Virus record (IMG/VR): IMGVR_UViG_3300023109_000017
DNA: 64,000 bases
Direction: 5' to 3' (one strand)
Origin: an uncultured virus (IMG/VR IMGVR_UViG_3300023109_000017)
Taxonomy: Duplodnaviria > Heunggongvirae > Uroviricota > Caudoviricetes
Positions within the stretch are counted from its first letter, which is position 1. Each line of letters opens with the position of its first letter. The notes below the pieces were generated by a model, which was not told the origin of the DNA, ran no database searches, and saw only the letters and a list, made by a program, of their open reading frames with translations. Below, in pieces: positions 35,453-45,985 of the stretch. The position numbers and the translations under genes are program-made.

Positions 35453-35668
35453 ATGAGCGACTATATTTCAGTTGATGGCTATCCAGATTTAGTAAGAGAT
35501 AAAAATACTAATATGATTTTGAATATAAATAAAGGCAACACTGATGCGTTTATTGAAAAGAGAGATCGGGAATTGCAGCAACGGCAAGAGATTGAAACTC
35601 TAAAATCAGACGTTCAGGATATAAAGATGATGCTACAAAAATTAACAGAAAGTTTTGCAAATGCCTAA
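35453..35668 (+). CDS. Small conserved virion protein following VrlC
   Basis: V.G...LVRD..T..ILN and EI..LK.D...IK.ML. Confidence 0.75.
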   Translation: MSDYISVDGYPDLVRDKNTNMILNINKGNTDAFIEKRDRELQQRQEIETLKSDVQDIKMMLQKLTESFANA

Positions 35669-38600
35669 TGCTAAAATAGGAAAAGTCAATTTATCAGACA
35701 CAGTAAATACTCAGCGTCTTAGATTTAATCAGCTTATTGATTCTGTTGGCAGTGTCAGTCTTACCAATGTAAATCAAACAGCTGGAAGAAGCACATTTAC
35801 CGGTAGCTACCCCACTGTAGGAGAAGCTCTTAAAGAGCACGAAGCAAGATTAGACTCTGCTGATATTATTGAAGTAAAAACTCCTAGAATTAGAGCGTTT
35901 GATAACACATATGATAATACATTAGCAGGTGATACTTACTTACAATCTAACCTAGATGTTGCGGGCATTACAACATTAGATAGTTCTACAGTTGATGGTA
36001 CGCTACTGGTTACTAATACCTCACAATTTAATAAAGAAGTTACTATAGATGAAGCTCTTACAGTAACTGATAGTGCTTACATTACAGGTAATTTAGACGT
36101 TGGTGGTAATGTACAAATTGACGGCAATCTAACTGTTGACGGAATTGCTACTCTTAAAGCCGGAGCTAATAATAATATCAATCTCGGAGATATTGATGCT
36201 TCTACTGATACAGTAACCTTTAACGCAGAAGTAGCATCTCACATTATCCCTGATGATAATAATACCTACGACATTGGATCAGCTTCTAATCGATGGAAGC
36301 ATGGGTACTTTGATGGAACAGCATATGCTGATAACGTTTGGGCTGACTCTGCTACAATAGGTACAGCCAAAGTTTCAGATCTAACAGCCGGTAGAGTAGT
36401 TTTAGCTGGAACAGATGGAGAAATAGAGGATACTGGCAAGCTTACATTTAATGATATAACCGGCTTAAAAACCACAGAAGCGTTAACTGTAGAAGACAGT
36501 GCTCTTATTACTGGAAACTTAGATGTAGGTGGTAACCTAGATATAGCCGGTACGGCAATTCTAGATGGGGATTTAACGGTTACAGATAGTGCTTATATTA
36601 CCGGTAATGTTAATATTGGTGGTAATTTAGATGTGATAGGTAGAGTGACTTCTACTGGTACTGCGTTTACTCTAGCAGCTGAAACAGGAACAGATGATCC
36701 TTTCACATTAGGAGATACTCTCACTATAGCTGCAGGAGAAGGTATCAATACAGTTGTTACTGATAATACTATTACTGTAACAGGCGAAGATGCATCAGAT
36801 ACTAATAAAGGTATTTCTAAGTTTGATAATGGAGACTTTGTTGTATCTAACGGTAATGTAACTCTAGCCAACCTAACTACAGGCGCAGTGCTAAATATAA
36901 GCGGAACAGCTAGTGAAGTAGAGGTTGCAAGAACGAACGGTACAGTTACAATAGGTCTACCAAACAATGTTTTTATAACAGACGATCTTGGGGTAGGTGG
37001 AGACTTTACTGTCGGTGGAGACTTTTTAATAGCTGGTAGTACTAAACTTACTGGTGATTACCTTGAACTAATGGACGGAGTTAACGGAGCACCCTTTTTA
37101 AATGCTGGTATTTCTATCGATAGAGGAACATCTGACAGTGCTCTAATGCAATGGAATGAAGTTAGTGACTATTGGGAAGCTTCTTATAACAACGCGGCAA
37201 CTCCAAGTCAATTAGTTACTTACGCGAATTTAGATACAACAGATTTTAGTATTGGATCAACTATTTCTATTAGCGATGAAGCTATCCAGGATATGGTTGG
37301 CGCCATGGTTACCGGTAATACTGAAACAGATATTACAGTTACGTATCAAGACGGAGATGGCACTCTTGATTTTGTATTAGATAATACAACAGTAACTGCT
37401 GGTTCATACGGATCTACAACTTCTATTCCATCATTTACAGTAGATGGCAAAGGTAGACTTACTAACGTGACTCCAGTTAGCATTGCTACTACTCTTACTA
37501 TAGGCGATGATAATCTTGATACCGACGAAGTTGATCTTTTAAATGAAACTCTTACATTCTCTGAAGGTGAAGGTATTAACGCTGTAGTAACTGATAATAA
37601 AGTAACTATATCAGCAGAACTTGCAACGAGCTCTAACAAAGGGGTAGCTTCATTTAGCACAGATAACTTCTCTGTAACTAACGGGGCTGTTATTATTAAA
37701 AACAACGGCGTGATTCTAGGTACTGAAACTACCGGTAATTATATGTCTGGTATTTCTGGTACTGCTAATGAAATCGAAGTAAGTCATACTCCAGGTGAAG
37801 GATCTTCAGCTACAGTAGGATTACCAAATAGTGTTACTGTAACTACAAACCTTACCACAGGTCGAGATGTATTTGTAGGTCGTAACCTAGATGTTACTGG
37901 TAATACTGTTATTGATGGAAATCTAACAGTGTCTGGCACTACTACTACGGTTAATACAGAAACAGTAACAATTGCTGATAATATCATCTTACTTAACTCT
38001 GATACGACTGGCGCGCCAAGTCAAAATGGTGGTATTGAGATTGAAAGAGGTACTAGTACTAACGTACAATTAAGATGGAGTGAAGCTAACGACTACTGGC
38101 AGATTGGTGAAGGTAATGATCCGGTATATACTCGAGTAGCAACTGCTGGTTGGTTAAATGCAGGTGGAGGTTTAAATTATAACAGCTCTACAGGGCAATT
38201 TGCTCACACAGATACATCTTCTCAAGGATCTGTTAATAACTCCGGCAATACCTTTATTCAAGATATCTCTTTGGATACCTATGGTCATATTACTGATATT
38301 GTATCAGGCACAATAACTGATATTGGCGATGCTACTATTACGATAGATACGGGTGCTGATTTACATATTAATCAGGCTGATAATACATTTACAACTAACC
38401 AAAGTGGTAATCAAAGTATAACTATCGATCATAATACTATAACTAGAACTAATACAACTAATACAAGTGCTCCTGCATTTGGAGGTACGTTTACAGCTAT
38501 TGACAGTCTTACTTCAAACGCAAGAGGACATGTTACAGGTGTTAATACAAAAACAGTTACGATTCCTGCCCTAGGTCTATATGACAATTATGTTTCATGG

Positions 38601-39656
38601 ACGTTTTTAGAAGGTAATGGAACCGAATCTGGCACTATAACTTCTGGTGACACCTTGCATTTTGAGCAAGGAACGGGAATGGAAGTGGAAAAGACAGCTG
38701 ATGATCAGCTTACTTTTACTAATACAGATAGAGGTTCTTCACAGAATATATTTAAAAGAATTATACCGGAAGCAGCTAACGGCAGCGATTTAAATGTTAT
38801 TACTGCAGATAATAATAATGATATTTTCTATATTAGAGCAGGAGGAGGTATTACTCTTGCTTCTGATGCTACTAATGATAGAATGACTATTAGTCACTCA
38901 GATACTTCAAGTCAAGCATCTGTAAATAACAGCGGTAGAACATACATTCAAGATATTACGTTAGATACCTACGGACATGTTACTGGAATAGCTACCGCGT
39001 CTGAGACAGTGACGAACACTAATACTAATCAACTTACTACATTCCAAGTTGAAGATGGTGATGGCACTGAAGTTACTATTTCTCACGCCAAAGAGTGGAA
39101 ATTTAAAGAAGGTGGTGGTGTTAATATTAACTGGACGGACACTTCTCCAGGATCTAATGCGGATCCGTTTGATCTAGAGTTTACGATTAATACAGGAGTG
39201 ACTGCTGGTAATGGATTGACCGGAGGAGGTACACTAAATGCCTCAAGAACTATTCATGTGGCTGCAGGTAATGGTATAGCTGTTGGTGCGGATGATGTTA
39301 GAATGTCCGGTTCTTATTCAGGAAATTTCACCGCAACAGGTAATATTACCGGTAATGGTCATTACGCAAATGCATTTTACTATAGATCAGATGAACGCCT
39401 TAAAGAAAATATTTTACCTGTAACTAATTCTCTTGATGTTATAGATAAACTTCAAGGGGTTTCTTTTGATTGGTCTGAAACTGGGAAGCATGACATAGGT
39501 GTAATTGCTCAAGAGGTACAAGATATTATACCAGAAGCTGTAGTAGAAAATGAAGAAGGGTTCTTATCTGTTAATGCTACACCCATAATTGCTCATCTTA
39601 TTGAAGCGGTTAAAGAACTTAAAGCGGAGGTAGATCGTTTAAATGTCCGGACGTAG
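35661..39656 (+). CDS. Long tail fibre with C-terminal intramolecular chaperone (peptidase S74)
   Basis: GNLDV.G repeats; SDERLKENI...GVIAQEV....PEAV...LIEAVKEL; TATAAATA at 35524-35531 upstream. Confidence 0.9.
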   Translation: MPNAKIGKVNLSDTVNTQRLRFNQLIDSVGSVSLTNVNQTAGRSTFTGSYPTVGEALKEHEARLDSADIIEVKTPRIRAFDNTYDNTLAGDTYLQSNLDVAGITTLDSSTVDGTLLVTNTSQFNKEVTIDEALTVTDSAYITGNLDVGGNVQIDGNLTVDGIATLKAGANNNINLGDIDASTDTVTFNAEVASHIIPDDNNTYDIGSASNRWKHGYFDGTAYADNVWADSATIGTAKVSDLTAGRVVLAGTDGEIEDTGKLTFNDITGLKTTEALTVEDSALITGNLDVGGNLDIAGTAILDGDLTVTDSAYITGNVNIGGNLDVIGRVTSTGTAFTLAAETGTDDPFTLGDTLTIAAGEGINTVVTDNTITVTGEDASDTNKGISKFDNGDFVVSNGNVTLANLTTGAVLNISGTASEVEVARTNGTVTIGLPNNVFITDDLGVGGDFTVGGDFLIAGSTKLTGDYLELMDGVNGAPFLNAGISIDRGTSDSALMQWNEVSDYWEASYNNAATPSQLVTYANLDTTDFSIGSTISISDEAIQDMVGAMVTGNTETDITVTYQDGDGTLDFVLDNTTVTAGSYGSTTSIPSFTVDGKGRLTNVTPVSIATTLTIGDDNLDTDEVDLLNETLTFSEGEGINAVVTDNKVTISAELATSSNKGVASFSTDNFSVTNGAVIIKNNGVILGTETTGNYMSGISGTANEIEVSHTPGEGSSATVGLPNSVTVTTNLTTGRDVFVGRNLDVTGNTVIDGNLTVSGTTTTVNTETVTIADNIILLNSDTTGAPSQNGGIEIERGTSTNVQLRWSEANDYWQIGEGNDPVYTRVATAGWLNAGGGLNYNSSTGQFAHTDTSSQGSVNNSGNTFIQDISLDTYGHITDIVSGTITDIGDATITIDTGADLHINQADNTFTTNQSGNQSITIDHNTITRTNTTNTSAPAFGGTFTAIDSLTSNARGHVTGVNTKTVTIPALGLYDNYVSWTFLEGNGTESGTITSGDTLHFEQGTGMEVEKTADDQLTFTNTDRGSSQNIFKRIIPEAANGSDLNVITADNNNDIFYIRAGGGITLASDATNDRMTISHSDTSSQASVNNSGRTYIQDITLDTYGHVTGIATASETVTNTNTNQLTTFQVEDGDGTEVTISHAKEWKFKEGGGVNINWTDTSPGSNADPFDLEFTINTGVTAGNGLTGGGTLNASRTIHVAAGNGIAVGADDVRMSGSYSGNFTATGNITGNGHYANAFYYRSDERLKENILPVTNSLDVIDKLQGVSFDWSETGKHDIGVIAQEVQDIIPEAVVENEEGFLSVNATPIIAHLIEAVKELKAEVDRLNVRT

Positions 39657-40182
39657 ATTAAGTAAAAATGTTAAAATGCTAGGTCGCTGGGGAGACGGAG
39701 GCGTCGGCAACAGGCCGGAATATGGGCGTTGGCGCATAATAAAAGGTCACAGTAGCTTAGACATGTGGGTACCAGAGAAAACTTCCGCAGAAAGAGATTC
39801 GGTGTATAACAACTTTCCTACAAAGTATGGAACAGGACCTGCTTACGGAATTTACGTCCCTAGCTTTTTTGGTCTTCCTGTAGCCCATATGCTCTTTGAC
39901 AATACTACTCGTATGGGGACTGGTCCGTGTTGGAATAATTATTTTGCAGGGAGTTATTTAACCCCGGCGGGATGCCCTAGTGGTTTCACGGAAGCAGGAT
40001 TAATTAATCAAAAGACTGTTAACCCTAATCTTGAAAGCGGAAGAACAGGAGTACATCACTACGATGCGCGATGGATGTTCTATATAGAAAACGGCTGGGG
40101 GTGTTCTTCCTCTTATCCGCATGCAGGTATTTCAATAAGATTGTGTTATATGAGAGCAGATGAAAGAAGCGCTTATCATTAA
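39643..40182 (+). CDS. Putative fibre-tip/adhesin protein, Gly/Trp/Cys-rich
   Basis: GGAGG RBS; overlaps the fibre stop; four Cys including CPSGF. Confidence 0.45.
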   Translation: MSGRRLSKNVKMLGRWGDGGVGNRPEYGRWRIIKGHSSLDMWVPEKTSAERDSVYNNFPTKYGTGPAYGIYVPSFFGLPVAHMLFDNTTRMGTGPCWNNYFAGSYLTPAGCPSGFTEAGLINQKTVNPNLESGRTGVHHYDARWMFYIENGWGCSSSYPHAGISIRLCYMRADERSAYH

Positions 40183-40220
40183 ATATTTTATAATTATAAA
40201 CACAGAGGAATTTACATATA

Positions 40221-40592
40221 ATGACTATTACATCATTAACTCAACAAGACATACTTAATAAGCGAAGTGAGCAAGATGCCTGGGATATTGTTTTGCTTCA
40301 TCATGAAGACTGTCAAGCATGTGGAGAGATGGCAGCTCTGCTAGAGTCTATTCAAGATAACTATCCTACAATAACATTCTCTACACTAGACATAACTTCT
40401 GCAGACGTGCCTTTATTTGCTCCACCTGTAATTCCCTCTATCTTAGCGTTACATAACGGTAATCGGATTTGGGAAGCTCTAGGTACATTTCCTGACTCTG
40501 TAAAACTCGAGAAAACTATACAAGATTGGCTGGTTCACAAAGTTAATTTTGATCACATTTCTGGGGGAACTTCTATACACGAGTTTAGTTAA
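40221..40592 (+). CDS. Thioredoxin-fold protein
   Basis: CQAC motif after a beta strand; VIPSI cis-Pro loop. Confidence 0.75.
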   Translation: MTITSLTQQDILNKRSEQDAWDIVLLHHEDCQACGEMAALLESIQDNYPTITFSTLDITSADVPLFAPPVIPSILALHNGNRIWEALGTFPDSVKLEKTIQDWLVHKVNFDHISGGTSIHEFS

Positions 40593-40756
40593 TGGCTTTT
40601 TTAGAATTAGGTGCTAATTACACTAAGAAGTTAAATATCTGCAAAAGTTGTGAAAGGTATAATGCGGCCACATCTATTTGTAAAGAGTGTGGGTGTTTAA
40701 TGGTATTTAAAGCTAGACTGCCGGGAAACACTTGCCCTCTAAAAAAGCACGTGTAA
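40592..40756 (+). CDS. Small Cys-rich protein (DUF6171-like), 54 aa
   Basis: TAATG coupling; ICKSC...CKECGC...K..LP...CP..K; not in the ORF track. Confidence 0.75.
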   Translation: MAFLELGANYTKKLNICKSCERYNAATSICKECGCLMVFKARLPGNTCPLKKHV

Positions 40757-40778
40757 TTATTTTTAAATTATTTTTTCT

Positions 40779-40786
40779 TATAAATA
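40779..40786 (+). promoter_or_regulatory. T4-type late promoter
   Basis: Intergenic TATAAATA. Confidence 0.8.
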
Positions 40787-40843
40787 ATATCAAATAGCGG
40801 CAGGGTGCGATGGTGTACCGACAAATAAATCAGCGAGGATTTT

Positions 40844-41197
40844 ATGGCCCAGTATGAAGAATTTACCATCGACCAAGGGGCCGATGTTGCAATAGAAGTA
40901 CACCTAGTTGCATTAGACGGTTCAACCAAGGACCTGACTAATCATACCGTATCCGCTAAACTAAAAAAATCCTATAACAGTGATAGTGCAGACACAGTAG
41001 ACTTTACAAGTATTGTAGCTACTCCTGCCACTGATGGTAAGATTACCTTAAGTCTTTCCAATACCCAGACAGACATACTAAAAGCTGGGCGCTATGTTTA
41101 TGATGTAGAACTACAGTATCAGGATTCAGACAACAATACAATTATTGAGCGGATATTAGAAGGAAGAGCACAAGTGACTCCTTCGGTAACTAGGTGA
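40844..41197 (+). CDS. BppU-like virion adaptor protein
   Basis: IDQGAD, DLT..T..A...KSY, G.I.LSL...QT..LK.GRYVYDV, RILEG...VTP.VTR. Confidence 0.75.
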   Translation: MAQYEEFTIDQGADVAIEVHLVALDGSTKDLTNHTVSAKLKKSYNSDSADTVDFTSIVATPATDGKITLSLSNTQTDILKAGRYVYDVELQYQDSDNNTIIERILEGRAQVTPSVTR

Positions 41198-41201
41198 GTG
41201 A

Positions 41202-42128
41202 ATGTCTGACAAATATGTAGTTAAAGTAAATCAAAATCCAGAGATAAGAGTATCTGAAAGTACTACTATTGTTAAAAAGGTAGTAGTAGGTACTCCTATC
41301 AAATCTGTAGATCAAGTTTTTTATGATGCATCTACTCTTGGTGGCGATTCTGCTGGCTTCTATAGAGACTACAACAACCTTACCAATAAACCTACAAATA
41401 TTGTTCTTACTGGCATTACAGATAATGTAGATTCTGGTGGTACTATTGTTACTGGTAATATTATACCGGACAGTGATGTTGCTTATAATCTAGGTTCTCC
41501 TGATAAGAAATTTAAAGAATTATTCTTAGCCGGCGAAACAATCTTCCTAGGCGGTACTGTTTTAGCTGATGGAGGTAATGGTAGTCTATCTGTAGGACCT
41601 GCCCCGGCAGCTGGAGAATCAGTAGATTCAAGTCTCTTAAAACCTTTAGAATCTTTTGATTCTAATCGAGTTATTGATACTATCAATGATTGGATTAGAG
41701 GCGACAATTTTATATATGATTCTACTCAGACTGCTCCTGGACTAGAAAACTTTTTTGACTCTGCGTATGTATTAGAGAGAGCTAAAGGCGCTTCTTTATT
41801 TGAATTAGACGCAGATTTAGAAAACCCTGGTCTCTCAGCTGAAAATTATGTTGTTGATACATTTGCAGCAGAAGAGTATAGAACTTTAAAGTATCTTATA
41901 TCATTGCATGAAACTGATAATAATAAGCATTATTCATCTGAAGTAATGTTTACTCATGATAACTCTAATGTGTATATGACAGAATATGCAGTAATTCAGA
42001 CAGATTCAGATTTGGGAATTATTGACGCTAATATAGTGGATGAACAATTTGAACTATCTGTAACTCCTTACTATGTAAATACATCTATTAGAGCAAAAAG
42101 AATAAATGTTGAAGCTTATAGCGTATAA
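41202..42128 (+). CDS. Virion fibre-associated structural protein
   Basis: GNIIP.....YNLGS....FKEL.L; C-terminal DTF....YR..KY.I...HD......TEYA domain. Confidence 0.7.
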   Translation: MSDKYVVKVNQNPEIRVSESTTIVKKVVVGTPIKSVDQVFYDASTLGGDSAGFYRDYNNLTNKPTNIVLTGITDNVDSGGTIVTGNIIPDSDVAYNLGSPDKKFKELFLAGETIFLGGTVLADGGNGSLSVGPAPAAGESVDSSLLKPLESFDSNRVIDTINDWIRGDNFIYDSTQTAPGLENFFDSAYVLERAKGASLFELDADLENPGLSAENYVVDTFAAEEYRTLKYLISLHETDNNKHYSSEVMFTHDNSNVYMTEYAVIQTDSDLGIIDANIVDEQFELSVTPYYVNTSIRAKRINVEAYSV

Positions 42129-42131
42129 ATA
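42124..42131 (+). promoter_or_regulatory. T4-type late promoter
   Basis: TATAAATA overlapping the upstream stop codon. Confidence 0.75.
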
Positions 42132-42169
42132 ATGGTAAATATTTGTCATGAATAGGAGTCTCTAAGCAT

Positions 42170-42478
42170 ATGGCGATTAAACAAAAGTTTGTCATAAAAA
42201 CTGGTTTAGATGTCACAGACTCTGCAGTATTTCGTGGTTCGTTACAAGTTGGAGAATTAAGTTATCCAACTGTAGACGGAGACTCAGCGGGATTTGTAAT
42301 GACAACAGATGGCGAAGGGAACCTATCCTTAAGTAAGGTTAGGTTTGAAAATTTAAATATAGACTTTACAAGTTTAGCAGATGGTTCATTAATTATCTAT
42401 GATTCGGCGAGTGACAAATGGGCAGCAGGAAATGAACTGGGTAATGTAGAAATAAGTCAAGACGGGGGCTTTTATTAA
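42170..42478 (+). CDS. Small fibre-associated protein
   Basis: YPT.DG..G.V..TDG.GNLS; ends DGGFY. Confidence 0.7.
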   Translation: MAIKQKFVIKTGLDVTDSAVFRGSLQVGELSYPTVDGDSAGFVMTTDGEGNLSLSKVRFENLNIDFTSLADGSLIIYDSASDKWAAGNELGNVEISQDGGFY

Positions 42479-45400
42479 TGGCATCTATAATTAAGATAAA
42501 AAGATCGGGTACTAGTGGCGCCCCATCAGCTTTACGAAACGGAGAAATGGCATACAGCTATGCTGACCATTCAGTCGTATCCGGTGGTGATAGGCTATAC
42601 ATCGGCACGGGAACTGAAACGGCAGGTGTAGCAGCCAATATTGAAGTTATTGGTGGTTCATATTTTACTGATAAACTAGATCATGCTTTAGGTACACTTA
42701 CAGCTTCAAGTGCACTTTTAGTTGACGCTAATAGTAAGGTAGATAACTTTAAAGTTGATGATATTGACATCGACGGATCAACTATCTCTATTACAGCTGC
42801 TGACACTGCTCTTACCCTAACCCCCAACGGTACAGGCGCGGTTAATGTTCCAGCTGGATATAAAGATAGAACAGGCTTCGGTACAAACTCTCTTACCACA
42901 AAAGAATATGTTGACTTTATTGCTGGCGCCAAGACAATTCGTATTGAAGATGATATCGGTGATCATGATATTGTAAATATTGCTGATTCAGCTCTTAGCT
43001 TCTTGGGTACAAGCGGTATTTCAACTGCAGTTACTAACAATACAGTAACTATTAGTGGCGACTTAGCTACTACTTCTGCGGTTGGTGTTGCATCGTTTGC
43101 ATCAGCTGACTTTGACGTATCAGGTGCTGGCGAAGTTACTATTAACTCAATTGGCAACAGTCAACTTGATAATAGTACTATTGGTATTGCTTCTGATGCA
43201 GGTACTGGTACGGCAGTTGACTTAGGAGATACTCTTACCTTATCTGGTGGCACAGGTATCGAAACCTCTCATGCTGCTGATGAATTAATTGTAACTCTAT
43301 CTAACACAGCAGTAACTCCAGGTTCTTATGGCTCTGCTTCTGCTATTCCAACGTTTACAGTAGATCAACAAGGTCGCTTAACCGCTGCTGGTACTCTTGA
43401 TATTTCAACAGATCTTACTATCCGCGGTGATACTGCCGATAGTGATACAGTAAATCTTCTTGACTCTGCTCTAAACTTTACAGGCGCTGCAGGTCATGTA
43501 ACTGCAACTGTTAGTAACAATACGGTATCTTATGCCTTAGATACAACTGCTGTATCAGCTGGATCATATGGTTCAACCACAGCGATTCCAACATTTACTG
43601 TTGATACTTTTGGTCGCTTAACAGCAGCAAGTACAGTTAATATTGCTACTACTTTAGACATTACAGATGGCACAAACAACAGTGATGTTGATCTGTTATC
43701 GGATACATTAACATTTACCGGTGGCACTGGATTAACCTCTACTGTAGGTACTGATGAAGTAACATTTGACCTAGACAATACCGCTGTTACAGCTGGTACA
43801 TACGGTACAGGGTCGTTAATCCCTGTACTTACAGTTGATGCTCAAGGTCGAGTTACAAATGCTACTACAGCTTCTATCTCAACTGATCTTGGTATTTCAG
43901 GCGATAATGGAACTGACACTGTAAATCTTCTAGATTCTAATCTTACATTTACTGGCGGTACAGGAATCGCAACTCAGGTAGATGATAACGTAGTTACAAT
44001 TAGCGGTACAGATGCATCTACTACAGCAAAAGGTGTTGCTAGTTTTGTATCAACAGACTTCTCTGTAAGTTCAGGAGCAGTTAGTATTGCTACTGGTGGA
44101 GTTTCGAATACTCAGTTAGCAGGGGCAATTGCAAACAGTAAGCTTGTAAATTCAACGACAACATTTACAGGTGATGATGCTAATACAACTGATGTATCGC
44201 TTGGTTCAACAATTGACATTGCCGGTGGAGAAGGTATTACAACTTCTGTATCTTCTGGTACTGTTACAATTGCTACTGAAGAAGCTACAAGTTCTAATCT
44301 TGGTGCGGCATCATTTAGCACTGATAACTTTGAAGTCACAGCTGGTCATGTCGCAGTTAAGACCGGTGGTATTGCTGATAGTGAACTTGCTACTACTTTA
44401 GATCTTACTGGTCATTCTGTTACATTTGGCAATGGCGAAATTAGTAATGCTGAATTGGCTAACTCAACTATTGAGATTTTAGGCAATACAATATCACTAG
44501 GCGGAAGCATTGATTTCGATACCGACAGCGTAGCTGAAGGCTCGACTAATCTTTACTTTACAAACGCAAGAGTCACATCGCCAGCTAGACAAGCTATTTC
44601 TGTTACTGACGCTGGTGGCGATGGATCTTTAACCTATAACAGCTCAACCGGTGCTATTACATATACTGGTCCAAGTGCTGCTGAAGTAAGAGCGCATTTT
44701 GTTGCTGGTACTGGCGTAACATACACATCAGGTACTGGTACTTTTGCAATTGGACAAGCGGTAGGTACTACTGACTCTGTTACATTCTCCGGTGCCAACT
44801 TTACTAGCGATGTTGTTATTGATGGAGACTTAACAGTCCACGGTACTAACACGATAATCAATACAACAACATTAGCTGTTAGCGATGCTATGATTCAAGT
44901 TGCTAATGGCAACGAGACATCAGATACTATTGATATTGGTTTCTTAGGTCACTATTCAGATGATGGTGGTACAACTAAAAGACATACAGGTCTTGTAAGA
45001 GATGCGACCGACGGAGTTTATCAACTCTTTGATAATCTAGATCAAGAAGGGCTAGATTCTACAGACCCCGACACAGAGATCAACGTATCCGATGCTTCAT
45101 ATCAATTTGCAGATCTTAGAGTTGGTACTATTACTGCTGATGCTTTTGTCGGACCGAGTGATAACTTTAATACTCAGTTTGCTCAAAGAACTACTGATAG
45201 CTTAAGTGAAGGCCTTTCTAACCTTTATTATACTACTGCTCGTGTCGATTCAGACATGGAAGATATCTTAACAGCTGGTACTGGTATTAGTATCACTCCA
45301 GGTAGTGGTATTATTACAGTTGCCGGCACGGATGCTGCAGCCGATGGTTCTACAAAGGGTATTGCAACCTTTAATGCTACGCATTTTAGTGCTTCTTCTG

Positions 45401-45918
45401 GTATTATTAGTGCCGATGATGTTACGCTTTCCGCGCAAACCGGTACAGCGCACGCCACTCTTGGCGAAACGTTTACTATCCAAGGGGAAACCACTGATAA
45501 TACTATTACTACTGCAGCGACCGGTACTACAGTAACTATTAGCGCTGCTATAGCATCTGCCAGCCAAAAGGGTGCTGCTAGTTTTAATTCTACTAACTTT
45601 ACAGTTAATACTGGTGTAGTAACTTCAAATGATATTACTTTCGGAACTGGTAGTACAGGGACAGGAGCGCCTGGAGCAGGTACTAGTTTACAGCAAACGC
45701 TGGGCGAAACTCTCAATATTGTAGGCGACTGGCCTCAAGGTATTAGTACTTCAGGTTCAGGTTCTACTATTACTGTTACTGGTAGAAATGCTACAAGAAC
45801 ATCTAAAGGTGTAGCAAGCTTTGGTGCATATGCTGACAGTGCCGGAGAAGGTACAAGACAGTTTACACTTACTAATGGTGATGTAGAGCTTTCTACAATT
45901 GATGGTGGTACTTACTAG
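42478..45918 (+). CDS. Tail fibre-like protein, 1146 aa
   Basis: IKIKRS....P..L..GE.AY N-terminus; repeats VT.GSYGS...IPTFTVD..GRLT and A....KGVASF...F.V..G; ends IDGGTY. Confidence 0.85.
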   Translation: MASIIKIKRSGTSGAPSALRNGEMAYSYADHSVVSGGDRLYIGTGTETAGVAANIEVIGGSYFTDKLDHALGTLTASSALLVDANSKVDNFKVDDIDIDGSTISITAADTALTLTPNGTGAVNVPAGYKDRTGFGTNSLTTKEYVDFIAGAKTIRIEDDIGDHDIVNIADSALSFLGTSGISTAVTNNTVTISGDLATTSAVGVASFASADFDVSGAGEVTINSIGNSQLDNSTIGIASDAGTGTAVDLGDTLTLSGGTGIETSHAADELIVTLSNTAVTPGSYGSASAIPTFTVDQQGRLTAAGTLDISTDLTIRGDTADSDTVNLLDSALNFTGAAGHVTATVSNNTVSYALDTTAVSAGSYGSTTAIPTFTVDTFGRLTAASTVNIATTLDITDGTNNSDVDLLSDTLTFTGGTGLTSTVGTDEVTFDLDNTAVTAGTYGTGSLIPVLTVDAQGRVTNATTASISTDLGISGDNGTDTVNLLDSNLTFTGGTGIATQVDDNVVTISGTDASTTAKGVASFVSTDFSVSSGAVSIATGGVSNTQLAGAIANSKLVNSTTTFTGDDANTTDVSLGSTIDIAGGEGITTSVSSGTVTIATEEATSSNLGAASFSTDNFEVTAGHVAVKTGGIADSELATTLDLTGHSVTFGNGEISNAELANSTIEILGNTISLGGSIDFDTDSVAEGSTNLYFTNARVTSPARQAISVTDAGGDGSLTYNSSTGAITYTGPSAAEVRAHFVAGTGVTYTSGTGTFAIGQAVGTTDSVTFSGANFTSDVVIDGDLTVHGTNTIINTTTLAVSDAMIQVANGNETSDTIDIGFLGHYSDDGGTTKRHTGLVRDATDGVYQLFDNLDQEGLDSTDPDTEINVSDASYQFADLRVGTITADAFVGPSDNFNTQFAQRTTDSLSEGLSNLYYTTARVDSDMEDILTAGTGISITPGSGIITVAGTDAAADGSTKGIATFNATHFSASSGIISADDVTLSAQTGTAHATLGETFTIQGETTDNTITTAATGTTVTISAAIASASQKGAASFNSTNFTVNTGVVTSNDITFGTGSTGTGAPGAGTSLQQTLGETLNIVGDWPQGISTSGSGSTITVTGRNATRTSKGVASFGAYADSAGEGTRQFTLTNGDVELSTIDGGTY

Positions 45919-45985
45919 ATATATAACATAGTCGGATAGCTTTTTAGTTTTCCGACTTTAAATAAACTCCTTTTTAGGGATTAAA

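Noticed and set aside
36266..45716. Many minus-strand ORFs opposite the fibre genes
   Set aside because: Antisense shadows of Thr/Gly/Asp-rich codon bias; no RBS, promoter or recognisable motifs
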